Source: Oopsacas minuta
Taxonomy: Eukaryota; Animalia; Porifera
Reading direction: 5' to 3'
Length of the DNA stretch: 64,000 nt
Assembly (NCBI GenBank): GCA_024704765.1
Contig: JAKMXF010000288.1
Span: 372,001-436,000 of the forward strand
The position numbers and the translations under genes are program-made. The notes under the pieces were generated by a model, which did no database searches, was not told the origin of the DNA, and saw nothing but the letters and a program-made list of their open reading frames with translations. Below are positions 36,958 to 49,000 of the stretch, piece after piece (the stretch's first letter is position 1; each line of letters begins with the position of its first letter).

Positions 36958-39900
36958 ATGTTTATGGACATGTCATTAAGCTGCGACACAATTGCCAACA
37001 CACAAATTGACACTTCCCCCTTACGTAAATCAACATGCTACACGCACGAACAGACCACACATATATCAGATTCCACGGGTGCAGCTTGGTTGCTAGGCAG
37101 AGAGTATTATTTACCACAAGAAAAACCTGAATTTATTTCTGATGTAAATTCACTTCTATGGTTTAGTTATCGTAAGGGTTTCAAACCGATTGGAGGCAGT
37201 GGGAACCTGAAATCGGATACCGGTTGGGGGTGCTGTTATAGATGCGGACAGATGCTGATGGGACACTCCTTAATACGGTGAGTAACGGGCGGTACAATAT
37301 CTAATTGTCCTCATGTAGGTAAGAAGGAGGATTATTAGATAAAAGAAGGCCTCTAGAATATTCGTTAGTGTTTATAGTCATTTTGAGACACTCCTCGCTG
37401 TGTTTTGAGCTAAATTAGTGACTATACCTGCTACCAATTTCTCACCATTCCATATACTTACCAAGAACATCTGATCGGTTATAAGAATATGCCGGATATA
37501 AGCACCACCCTCTGGAAAACGGTTCTCATATATTCCTGTATATTATGCCGGTTATAGGAACATGTATTGCTACTCCCAAGGGTGTTCTTATAACCGGCAT
37601 ACACTCTATAATAAATACAATGATGAAGATTTATGATAGTCTACATTTAGTAACGCGTTAGGACGTGATTGGAAGTGGAGAGTCAAAGACAATGGAGTCG
37701 AGGATATGAACCCTCACTACCCTGTTATCCTAGCTGAATTCTTAGACACTAGCACAGCATGCTATTCAATACATCAATTAACTTCACAAGCTGTTGACTT
37801 TGGGAGAGATCTTGGTATGTAAATAACAACAAATATCTTGACATACATTAGGTGAAATGTTTATTACACCTGACTTTATCAATTTCCAGTGTCAGTAGGT
37901 GTTAACATATGTACATAAACCTTGTACATCAATAGGGGAACTATTAAATCTGATTGGTCACACATTTTGTCACCTATCTCAGAGTGATTTAGAGATATCG
38001 TTTAGATATTTTAAAGGTACATATTTATGTCATAATCCGCACAGGTGTCAAATTTCAAATTCATAACTCAAGAATGACATACCAAAATTATTATCAAAAA
38101 TTTGTTACTAATCATAGGCACTTGGGCTGGACCTAATACAGTAGCACAAGCACTGAGGTGTCGAGCTAAATCAGATCCGTTATGTAACATAGTTGTACAC
38201 GTTGCTATGGATATGCTAGTTATTAGGCAGAGTATTAAGAAGGAATGTCAGATGTCTGAAAGACGATTGGCGGAAGATATGCCAGTGGAAGTAGAGCCGC
38301 TATTTTCTCCCAGACAATTTTCTCTTTCATCTCCCATGGGTAAGTTATTGTCCCATGTGTGTTAACACCTTTTATAGACTCCAATATGGCCTCCTAATCT
38401 CATGTTTTGTACCCCATATGGGTGTAGCCAAATACCAACGAGGTAACCATGGAACTGGTACATAACACGTCACAGAAGCACGTTAGGGAGTTGGTGAATA
38501 TATTCATGTATAGAATGCAATGATTCATGGTATGTAATATGTGATTATATGTTATGTCCTCCGTACAAGGGTGTTAAAATATGAATAATCACCTTGGTTA
38601 CTATCCGTGGTATATTCACATATTATTGAAATATAATATGTATAAGCTCAGCTATAAATAATGAAAAACTATAGAATTCTGAGATAAATATGGCACAGAG
38701 TACAGATGTGAGTGAATATAATCCTCTACTCAAATCAATAACACCCCCTATACCAATTATCCCGCTGTATAAGTCGATTATTGTCACCTCAGACCACTAT
38801 ACTAAATCTCTAAGGAAAAGACTTGGCGAGATTGAAATGCGTCCACAACTCGATCTAACAGACGCTACTCTCCACCCTTACTGCTTGCAAAGTGATGTAC
38901 AAGTACATAACGCGCTGTATTTGGGGACTAAAAATTCTGCGTCGAATAGTTTGCCAGCTGGTGAGAAGAAAGTAACGATTGGAATTTATGCACAACTCCA
39001 ATTAGGTGTTCGATTCTTAGATTTCGAGGTGACGACTCTGAACTCTGAACTACAAATTGTGTGTAATGGCATTCCGTTGATGACTGGTAAAAAATTGTTT
39101 GAGATACTTAAAAGATTTGTTGACGAACAAAACGAACGTCACAACAAACTTGGTGAGAAGATTTTGTTGAATTTCCGTGAATGTGAATGTAAACATTTCT
39201 ATCTGTTACCGACACTTGAATTGTTAAGCGATCTAATCAAAGAGCTTCCTCCCTCGTATCTTGTAAAACGTGAAGACATTACTGAAAATCTGTCAGAAAT
39301 GGACGGAGTGTTTATCATATTCGGACCAATAGATCTAAATTTAGCACTTAACGGGACTCATGCCATGTTTAACTGGGGATCTAATTTGCTTGTTAAGGTG
39401 CAACCACGATTTAACGGTGATCCCAGCTGCATCCTACAATGGATAACTCATCAAAAGCGTGACAAATTCGAAGCTTTTCCCATTCCATCTCCACAATATG
39501 GTAACCTAGTCTGGCTTGATATTTCTGATCCGTTGTACAGAGGTGAAGCTAGTCATGAGGTCGGTTCTATGAAAGACGGAGGGCTGCTCTTCCCTACTGA
39601 AGCAGCGAGGTTTAATATTATTAGCTTTGGGTCACTGAATTCAATGGAAATAACTCTTTATATGAAATGTTATAGGAGACAGTGTAAAAATATATCTGCT
39701 GTTGTTTGTTAGATTTTTTTTGTATACAAAACTGTGTGAGCATTTTCACCTTTTCTCCGAGATGGTTGTACATCTACATACCAAGTTTTATATTGGTTGC
39801 TATGGCCATTTCTTCAATACAGTCAGAAATTATTTTCATTTTTGATTAATAAACAATCTTACTTTTAGAATCAGCCAATCAGATCACAAAGCCAGCAGCT

Positions 39901-41157
39901 GACGCGCCCAATCCTGACACCTCCAAATACGAAACAAATCTCAGCCAATCAACTGTCATTCTAGGCGGGTATGAACACGACCCTGAAAGTGACGAGTGGC
40001 GGGAAATTGCGCCATATCCTTTGGCGCCCACTGCGGCACAAAATACCACCAAAAATAATCTGAAAACTTTCCAGAATCGAATTTCTCAATCGAGACACTT
40101 TTCAATTTTAAGTAATATATTCAAAACAGAAAAAATACCCAAAAATTCCAACTCAAAAGTGGAATTTTCTCAAAGTTTAGGCAGAATACATTCTCCATAT
40201 TGCGGTAACGTCGCTAGACGGATGTCTGAACCGTTAAACATGCGAGTAAGCACAAATATAAACAATATTAACAAGGAATTTGTTGTTGTTAGTAAGTCGT
40301 CTAGACAGAAACATGAGAGTTTTAACGGTATTAGTGGCTATAAAGACAATAACAAGCCTGCGAAAATGCAAGACAGTTATCAAGTTTATTCTATAAAACC
40401 GTCTTCCAAAATTGATACCAATTTGGACCTAAAGATGGACCTACCATCTCTGGAATCAATCGGTGCGCCACCAGAAAATGTGTCGACATCTGACACACAA
40501 ATTGACACTAGTGTAAGCTCGTGTGTATTTGTATCTGACCAGAATACCACAATGGATCTAAGTAACATTTCTGAGCCAGACCCAACTAATATGTTCCATC
40601 CACTCCTGCTTTTGATACCGTTAAGGTTAGGACAGGACAAATTCAACCTTGAGTATGCAAGGCCACTAATGACATGCTTCAAACTGCCACAATCAGTGGG
40701 AATAATTGGTGGTAGACCTAAACATGCCTTGTACCTGATTGGTTACCAGGATGACCATATATTTTATTTAGACCCACACACGACACAATCTACTGTCACT
40801 ACACCACAGGGTTCAGTCCATATACCGGATAAGACGTTCCATACCAACCATGTGGAATCCATGCATTTCTCGGAATTGGACCCATCACTTGCTATTGGAT
40901 TTTTCTGTGAGACTGAGGCTGTTTTTGAGGATTTATTAGACCAACTTGAGACTCATGTCCTATCCCAGAAACCGAAACTATTCGAGATTTCAGATTCAAT
41001 TCCGTTTTTATTCAATCGGCCTAACTCAATCGGAACTAACACCAAACAGGAACCATTCTCATTGGTGGATAAAGACGATTTACTGAATGACGTAATCGAC
41101 CTCGCTTTGGATGAAGATATCGACGATTGGGACATAATCCCAGAGCATATCTCATGA
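36958..41157 (+). CDS. ATG4: Cysteine protease ATG4; exons about 36958-37277, 37651-37814, 38118-38339 and 39869 (or 40181)-41157
   Basis: Catalytic Cys in SDTGWGC, LGRDWKW, YSIHQL, WAGPNTVAQAL, PLLLLIPLRLG, GIIGGRPKHALY and the Asp/His motif YLDPH. Splice phases are consistent. Confidence 0.92.
38420..38607 (+). mobile_element. MITE family A copy in ATG4 intron 3 (left end degraded)
   Basis: GGGTGTAGCCAAATACCAACGAGGTAACCATGG... nearly identical to 7048-7214. Confidence 0.75.
38690..39712 (+). CDS. PI-PLC X-domain (PLCXD-like) protein, probably catalytically inactive, intronless
   Basis: LGTKNSAS...IYAQLQLGVRFLDFEV...LQIVCNG...GEKILLNF follows the PI-PLC-X pattern (GTHNS...EQL..GIR.FDLR...HG), but both His positions are substituted. 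Confidence 0.65.
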   Translation: MAQSTDVSEYNPLLKSITPPIPIIPLYKSIIVTSDHYTKSLRKRLGEIEMRPQLDLTDATLHPYCLQSDVQVHNALYLGTKNSASNSLPAGEKKVTIGIYAQLQLGVRFLDFEVTTLNSELQIVCNGIPLMTGKKLFEILKRFVDEQNERHNKLGEKILLNFRECECKHFYLLPTLELLSDLIKELPPSYLVKREDITENLSEMDGVFIIFGPIDLNLALNGTHAMFNWGSNLLVKVQPRFNGDPSCILQWITHQKRDKFEAFPIPSPQYGNLVWLDISDPLYRGEASHEVGSMKDGGLLFPTEAARFNIISFGSLNSMEITLYMKCYRRQCKNISAVVC

Positions 41158-41649
41158 TTAATCATATGACACCTTTTGTGAGCATGTTATATTAAAATTC
41201 CAACTGACATTAATGGTTACTAAGCTGTAAACTATGTTGTTAATGTGTTTGTACAATTTGATCAAATTTCCTAAGATATATTGGATATGGAAGTATACAT
41301 AGGTGTCAAAATTGTGGCATTTCCTGAGTATTATATCTAGGTGTTAGAAATGTGGCTTTTTGGTGGAAATACGTAAGTAGTGATTTTATCTTCACAGACC
41401 TCCTTTAACGCGCTTAATTAACATCAGTGGGTCCTCTCTAATTGTGGACAGTTAGAGAGGACCCAGTAGAGTCATTGAAATATTTCCTTGAATTGGACAC
41501 TTTGTATTTATGACTTCACAATGACATATGGGATGCCACCCGCTTTGATGGATATCATGTGGAGCTGAAACAAGTTTCTCATTAACAGGGGCCTTATACC
41601 AATTTTTTCCAATTGAACTTTCTAAAATTAGCAAATTCTATACTTAGAA

Positions 41650-42108
41650 ATGTCACTTGTTACACCAGACAAATTCCAACACATACTGCGCGTGCTAGGC
41701 ACTAACATAGATGGAAAAGAGAAGATTATGTATGGCATAACAGCTATCAAGGGTATTGGGCGTCGATACGCGAATATTTGTTTGAAAAAAGCAGATATCG
41801 ACATGACCAAAAGGGCTGGCGAATTATCGGATGAAGAAGTAGATCGATTGGTGACAATCCTACAAAATCCTATCCAGTACAAAATCCCGAAATATTTCTT
41901 AAACAGACAGAAGGACGCGAAAGACGGGAAATATCAGCAACTTTTGAGTAACGCGCTCGACAACAAACTGAGAGAGGACTTGGAGAAACTCAAGAAAATA
42001 CGAGCCCATAGGGGTCTGAGACATTTCTGGGGGCTTAGAGTTAGAGGACAGCACACCAAGACTTGTGGACGTAGGGGAAAGACAGTAGGAGTGTCCAAGA
42101 AGAAGTAA
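41650..42108 (+). CDS. RPS18: 40S ribosomal protein S18 (uS13), intronless
   Basis: [21 protein letters not shown] and [21 protein letters not shown]; 152 aa. Confidence 0.98.
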   Translation: MSLVTPDKFQHILRVLGTNIDGKEKIMYGITAIKGIGRRYANICLKKADIDMTKRAGELSDEEVDRLVTILQNPIQYKIPKYFLNRQKDAKDGKYQQLLSNALDNKLREDLEKLKKIRAHRGLRHFWGLRVRGQHTKTCGRRGKTVGVSKKK

Positions 42109-43013
42109 TTTGGGGGGAAGGAGTTTAGGAATATTTCTAGTTAGCAGATTAGTGATTAGTAGTTTGTAGGAATATGTTTATTAAATAGCGTAGATTATAT
42201 TTGTTTGTTTGTTTGTTTGTTCACAGTTTGGTAAATAGAACATTCGCTATCTCGAGAAGATTTTGATTTCACCAGAGTTTGAGTTATCGGAAGTTAAACT
42301 GTATTTAAACAAACAAACACACACACACACACACACAAACACACACAAACACACACAAACATAAACAAAAACAAACAATTAACAATTCGACAGATAGACA
42401 ACAAACAAACAAATAATACAGTTTAATATCCGATAACTCAAACTTTGGGAAATCAATCTTTTCGGGATAGCGAATGTTCTATTTACGAGATGTTAACTAT
42501 ATAGAAACAAACAAACAAACAAACAAACAACACAGAAACAACAGACAACACAAGTTTGTTTGTTTATTTGTTACTTCCTCTTTGGTAATCTTATGATTGC
42601 AGTAATCAATTGTAATGCTAATATATCTTACAATAAATAAGATATGATTAATGATATGCTTAAGCATATGCTTAATCAAATAATATTACATTATTATATC
42701 TCATCAATGATATATACCTAACACACACATATAAATATTATAAATTTGATTCTGATTGAATTTTTTAACTTTCATGTTCCTGTCTGGGTCTCACTGTACC
42801 GATGCGATACACACAGTCAAACCTTGTTATATCTAAGCTCAAGGGACCGTGAGTATTCCTTCGATATGACCGATGGAATATATGTCACTTTGAAGGTTTG
42901 TGACCATATTTGCACAATTTCACACCTCGATATAAGCGGGTATTCCGGAGGTTTCACAATTGACACCTATTCATTAGTATATTCATATTTCATAGCTATA
43001 ATAGTATTAATAA

Positions 43014-46000
43014 ATGGATTCACTTCCAAATTATCCAAAAGAGTTTGACCCAAAAGAAGTAGAAAAGTTACGTAACTTTCTTAACAAAGCACTTCTATCA
43101 AAATACTTTACACCTTTCCTTAGCAACGGGGTGTATAGAGTGAAAGATCTACAGGAACACGTGAAGGATGAATTCCTATTGAGTGTTAATATGAGCCAAC
43201 CAGAGAGAGACAGGTTCTGGAAGAATGTGGAGCAAACAAGGAAACCACTTTGGAAATTGAAGGTGTGATAATATTATTAGCTCAAATTATTCTTCTGGGC
43301 AAAATGGACCTCCGAACACAGTAGGCTCTGCATAATATAGCCGCCGGTTAATCGGGTAAAAATGGCGTGTTCCCGATGTGAAAGCGGAGTCTACTGTATG
43401 TTTGAGTTCACGACACATTTGTGCCACTTTTCACACCTTATTATCTACTCCTTTAGCAAAAATTCCGGAGATATGAGGATCCTGATTCGAGTATTTATGA
43501 AGAAATTGGACAATCCAACACAACTCCTGTTAGTGGCGCCATTCTGATTAGTCATCAAGAAATAGTGGAATTAGGAATTATTGGTACAGGAAATTTTGGA
43601 GAGGTGTCAAGAGGAATGTGGCGCTATAACCACAACATGGCGCCTGTGAGTTGATAAACAAACAAACTAACTAACTAACAAACAAACAAACTAACACTCA
43701 TAATTGGTGTCAAAATATGAATATATACTACTTCCACTTTTCTAGAAACCAGTAGCTGTCAAAATAGTGTCCACAGTTTCAGGTGAGAACAGAGATCAAA
43801 TTATGAAAGAGGCAGAAGTGTGGAATAAATTGGAACATGAAAATATTGTTAGATTATATGGTGTTACTGTCACACAGCCTTACAAAATGGTATGTTGTTG
43901 TTGATTTCACACCTTGTGACAATATTTTACAAGATATTTAGTTTCAATTCCAATATAGATTATGGAACTAGCACCTAAAGGTTCACTAGACAAGTATCTG
44001 AGGTCTAAAGTTAATCAGCTGTCAATTGAAAGGATGTGGCAATATTCATGTCAGATATCTAAAGGAATGGAATATCTACATTCCAAGAGAATTATACATA
44101 GAGATCTTGCTTGTAGGAATGTATTACTTAGTAATGATACACAGGTATGTTTATTGGCTGTTGTGTACTTAGATTAGTAGCCTGGGTGATTATTCATATT
44201 TTAACACCCTTGTACGGGGGACATAACATATAATCACATACTACATTCCATGAGTCATAGCATTCTATACATGAATATATTCACCAACTCCCTAACGTAC
44301 TTCTGTGACGTGTTATGTCCCAGTTTCCATGGTTACCTCATTGGTATTTGGCTACACCCGTCAGTGAGGGAGGCAATCATTGAAAGAGGCTACTATTCGA
44401 GACAAAGGTGTGAAAATATACATATAACTAATCATTTTTAATAAACCAATGAAATGAGAGGGTTTGTAACAATCTAAGAAGTTCATCTATAAATAGAAGT
44501 GATTACGTCATCATCATTTCTAGTTGTACCAGTCTAGCGCTCGTATCTCCTGATAATCTATAGGGTAACATTCCTGCAAATGTCACAAGTTTGCGCGCCT
44601 TTTCTTGTAACAGCATTATGTCCTGCCTTATCTGCTGATCAGCTGTTCCATGGCCAATCATTTCTTGTGTTTGTTTATAGAGATTGTGTATTGAAATCTT
44701 GATAGAAAAATTGTATTATTGAACCATGGATAATTGCAATGTATTACAGCAACCCTCTATACCTATTTTAACATATTCTGTGGACCACCAAGGGGTTCAT
44801 GTACCCCAGGTTGGGAACCCCTGTATCGCAGTGTACCTCCACAAACAGGGTGCTAGGGGCGCCGAAATGCTACCCCGTTCCCCGTTATATTACAGAGATA
44901 TTCCCAGTTTGTGGAGGTTGCATTTTTTCATTTTGCCAATTTATCCATGGTTCTTTGATATACATTCAAAATGGTCATTGCAAATAATCTGAAAATTCAC
45001 ATTTTTAACATACCATTGTTGCAAGAATGACGTCAGGGAGACTTCTCCTAATCTCTTCCTCCAAGGTGTGAAATTTCGCAATACTATTATCAACAGTTAC
45101 ATCGGATTTAAGCGGGAAAATACCCAAACGGTCCATAATTTCTAGGGCAACATCGAATTGCCCCGATTTGAAATATTCATGGAATTGTGTCAGATCTAAA
45201 AGTAGATAAAAAGTTGTACACTTCTCGCGTGTGGCATTGTGTCCTGTTGTCTTGAATCTGTCAGCTAGTGAGTATGCGTATTGGATTATTTGTTGTTTTT
45301 CTGTGTCTCTTGAGCTTTGAGAAGATGATATTAATTGGGACATAGAATTATTGAGGAGGTCTAACACCTGTGAAGAAATGTAAACAAACAAACAAACAAA
45401 CAAACAAACAAACTAACAAACCTTTTGATGGTTACCAGCTAAATCATATAACTTAATAGCATCAATAACCAATCCATGGTTCTCTGATTTTCTAGCTACA
45501 TTACTAATGACGTCACTGATAGATTCCTTATGAAACTTCTCAATTAATCCTTGTTTCCTGACTCCATCAGGCGCCAAACTGCCTAGCAATAACTAGAAGA
45601 GATTGGAATGTTATAACATAGCAACAGGAAAGGGGTTAGGAATGTACATGCCTCGTATTCTCTTGACTCCCAAACCATCTCAGCCAATGAATTCACGAAC
45701 AAATCTTCACCGCCACCTAATGGAAAATGGTGTGAAAATAAAGTATACATGATTAATCATATGAATATTTCACACCTTCCATGCCACGTAACAAGAACAT
45801 ATATTGTATGGCTTCTCTAGGATCTGTAGTCACAAATTTCCTTGTATATACTTTGATCATTCTAGCTAGATTTATTTGAGGTCCAGTTGGTGTGTCGGTT
45901 AGAAATGCTGCTTGAGCAGTTGATGTTGATTTTATCAGATTTATTTGGTGAAGAGAGATCGCTAGATGGATCGCATGACACCTGAGTGTTTCTATCCGCC

Positions 46001-49000
46001 ACAAGAAGTCGATAGCCCGCTCAAATTGCAGTGATAGACAGAGTATCTAAAAATGGTACACCTTGAAAATTTCTCCATTAGTGTATCTATAATGAATCTC
46101 GCTAATACCAACGGAGTCTACTGTATTCTAAAAATAGAACAACCTGGAAATACAACATCGGTTTTTCATTTGCCCTAAAATGAGACTCTCCAAATTGATT
46201 GGTTATCTCCTGCTGGAATTGACCAATCAATTGTTTGTCTGCATGTTGTCCTTCTGGTAATTCTCCTGTACAATAGCATAGTCTTAGTTTCAACCACAAC
46301 CAATCCTCTGTTTTGGCAGCTGTTACTTCTCTATGTGGGTTCTTTATGTCACATTTAGCGAGTATGCATAATACAGCACGTTTGTATGGGTCTTTGATTT
46401 GAGAGTTTAGTTTCCTGCAAAAGTGGTTCACAGTCAATCCGTGTTATATCTAACACGGATATACTGAAATAACCGCTTATATGGAAGTGTGAAGTTGTAT
46501 GAATATGGTCCCAAACCATCAAAGTAACATACAGTTAACATACAGTTAACTCCTGTAATATCGAAGCTCAAGGGACCATGGTAATTACTTCGATGTAACC
46601 GATGAATATATGTAACTTTGACGGTTTATGACCATATTTGTATAATTCACACTTCGATCCATCCGTATACATACATTTTATCGGTATATAGAAGTAATTA
46701 TAACGATCCCTTTATCTTCAATGTGACTGGAGTTAAGTATATAATTCACTCCAAATATTCCCGAATATATTTAAGCCAGTTTAAGCGGGCTAATACACTT
46801 TTAAGCGGGCGTATTCTTACCAATAATTTCCTCTCAATTGTGCCTCTGCCTTGTGACTCAAATGTCCATCTTGTGCGAACTCCTTCAGGTATCCTACCCA
46901 ATCTGCAATTTGGTTAAGTGCACTCCCCGCACCGGTCAAGCCTTCCCTCAAACTTCCACAACGCATAGCAAAGAATAAAACAGCCCATAGCGGTTTTCCG
47001 TCCGAACTTCCATCTTCAAATCGTATTTGTGAGGTTTCGGGGGATAATAATATATTCAGATATGCCAGAACAAGTTGGTAGGGACCCGGGACACCAGTGC
47101 GTCGCGCCAGAGCCGGATGGGAACTTACGATATTCTCCATAAACTCCATATAACGAACCTCCAAATACGAAATACTTTTTCGAAGTAATTTGCTTTGTAA
47201 TGGAAGCGAACGAGGCGAGTGTAGATCCAGATCAGCTGATAAATTGGGTATATCAGTTTGTGCACGAATTAACTGCCAAATATCCAACATTCGTGCATTC
47301 TTATTGCTCAATGCAGTTGCTAGGAAGCTCTCAATCAAGTCTGGATGTCCGCCTAGATATTTTTTCGGGTAAGGGCTGCTCTATCAATTTGGTCTCCACC
47401 TCCCACATACTGGACTTAAGGAATTTGACACCTTTCAATAATCCCTACCCTCATATCTGAGGCAAAGTTTCTTATTAAAGTGATCAAACCCAGTCAGGAC
47501 TGGGAAGGTGGGAGGGGGCAATTGGTTACCTTTGAGAATCGCATCGGTATATATATACAGCTGTTTGGCATATGCTATTTCGAAACTATCCAAACTTGTC
47601 CTATCAACCATTGTCATTGGTCCAACTGTCATTTTTTGGCGCTCAATCACTATGTCAGTCAAATTCTGATCTGGTCCCAACGCGCCAAGGATTTTCTCCT
47701 TTTGTTTGTCCCAATCATCGTCTACTTGGTTCCATAATAGTTTCTCACACTTCTCTTGTACAGAATATCTAAATTGAGCTTTTATGACACCTATATGCTT
47801 ATCAGTTATCTAACCATGGATGGTGGATTTAGTAAATCTGCTTGGATATTGGAGGACAATTTTTGCCAAACAGGGCGATTGTTTTGTCGCCATATTTCAA
47901 ATGTCAAGATTGTTAATTTTGACTTGTCCACCCTAAGCCACTGACACACACACAAACAGACTAACAGGAAGACAGACGAAGAGACAGACAGACAGACAGA
48001 CGGTCTTGTCAATTTTACTCGATTTGTTACTCACCTGCTTTCCTTCACAGCTGCTACGAGAATATTCTCATAAGCGCTTTTAAGAAAACTTGAGAGGTCG
48101 ATATCTTTCTCTTCAGAGGGTATCTATAAATAGAAACTTAGTTCCAATTGGAACTTGGTAAATTAATTATTCCTAACACTTATCTCATCGTTTGGCTAAA
48201 TCTGATGAGAATAAGCAATTAGATTGCAGCCTGACAAACAGATGGAATTCACATTACATGTAGGCACATGACCTTTATGATAAAAGTGGAGCATTTCCCC
48301 ACATTCGACTGCCACTTGAGTGTCATAATATTACGTGTATAAAGCATATACAGTGGTGGATTTTGGCGCCTACATGAAACCTATGTAGGACGCTGAATTT
48401 TGTTTTGGTGGTAAAATGGGTAATTATAAATTCGTTTCGCCTGGTAGGTATAATTATGGAAATCGGCTGACTTGGTCGAATTTCTTGGTCGCGTGAAGGC
48501 CTGCGAGACGCTCATCCATCCGTGGTGGCTCTAAGCCACGTGATCCCAATAGTTTCACTGCCTGAAGGTCTACATTTTCTTTTGATGCCAGAGGGGCATT
48601 TTTTGTCAGAAGTTTGGATGCTGCATCTTGCAATTGTTGTAGATTTCTATTCAAAGTTGGTAATTCCTTGGTTACCAAGCCTGTGGATCGGAATGCTTGT
48701 GCTTTTTGTAAGAGTTCATCAAATGAACCTGGTCCTTGTGACATAGGATTCCTATAACAAGAATTCTAACAAATTAATTATTATCCTTGGTACAAGTGCC
48801 AATTTGCACATAGGGAAATCTGCCAATTGGAAATAGTTGTAATTAGCGGAACATTTGACGGGACCATTCATACTTGCAATTTGTCTACAAAAAAGTGAGA
48901 CATTGAACTCAATAAGTGCGAAAAGGTGAGACATCTCGCCAAAAATGTAATTGAAATATATTTTGTGAAGAAAAATAGCAGTGTTGCCATCGAAGTTATT

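Noticed and set aside
39870-40030. Three CCAAT boxes plus GGCGGGAAA, suggesting an internal promoter in the ATG4 intron
   Set aside because: The stretch is in open frame with ATG4 from a good phase-1 acceptor at 39868, so coding sequence explains it more simply.
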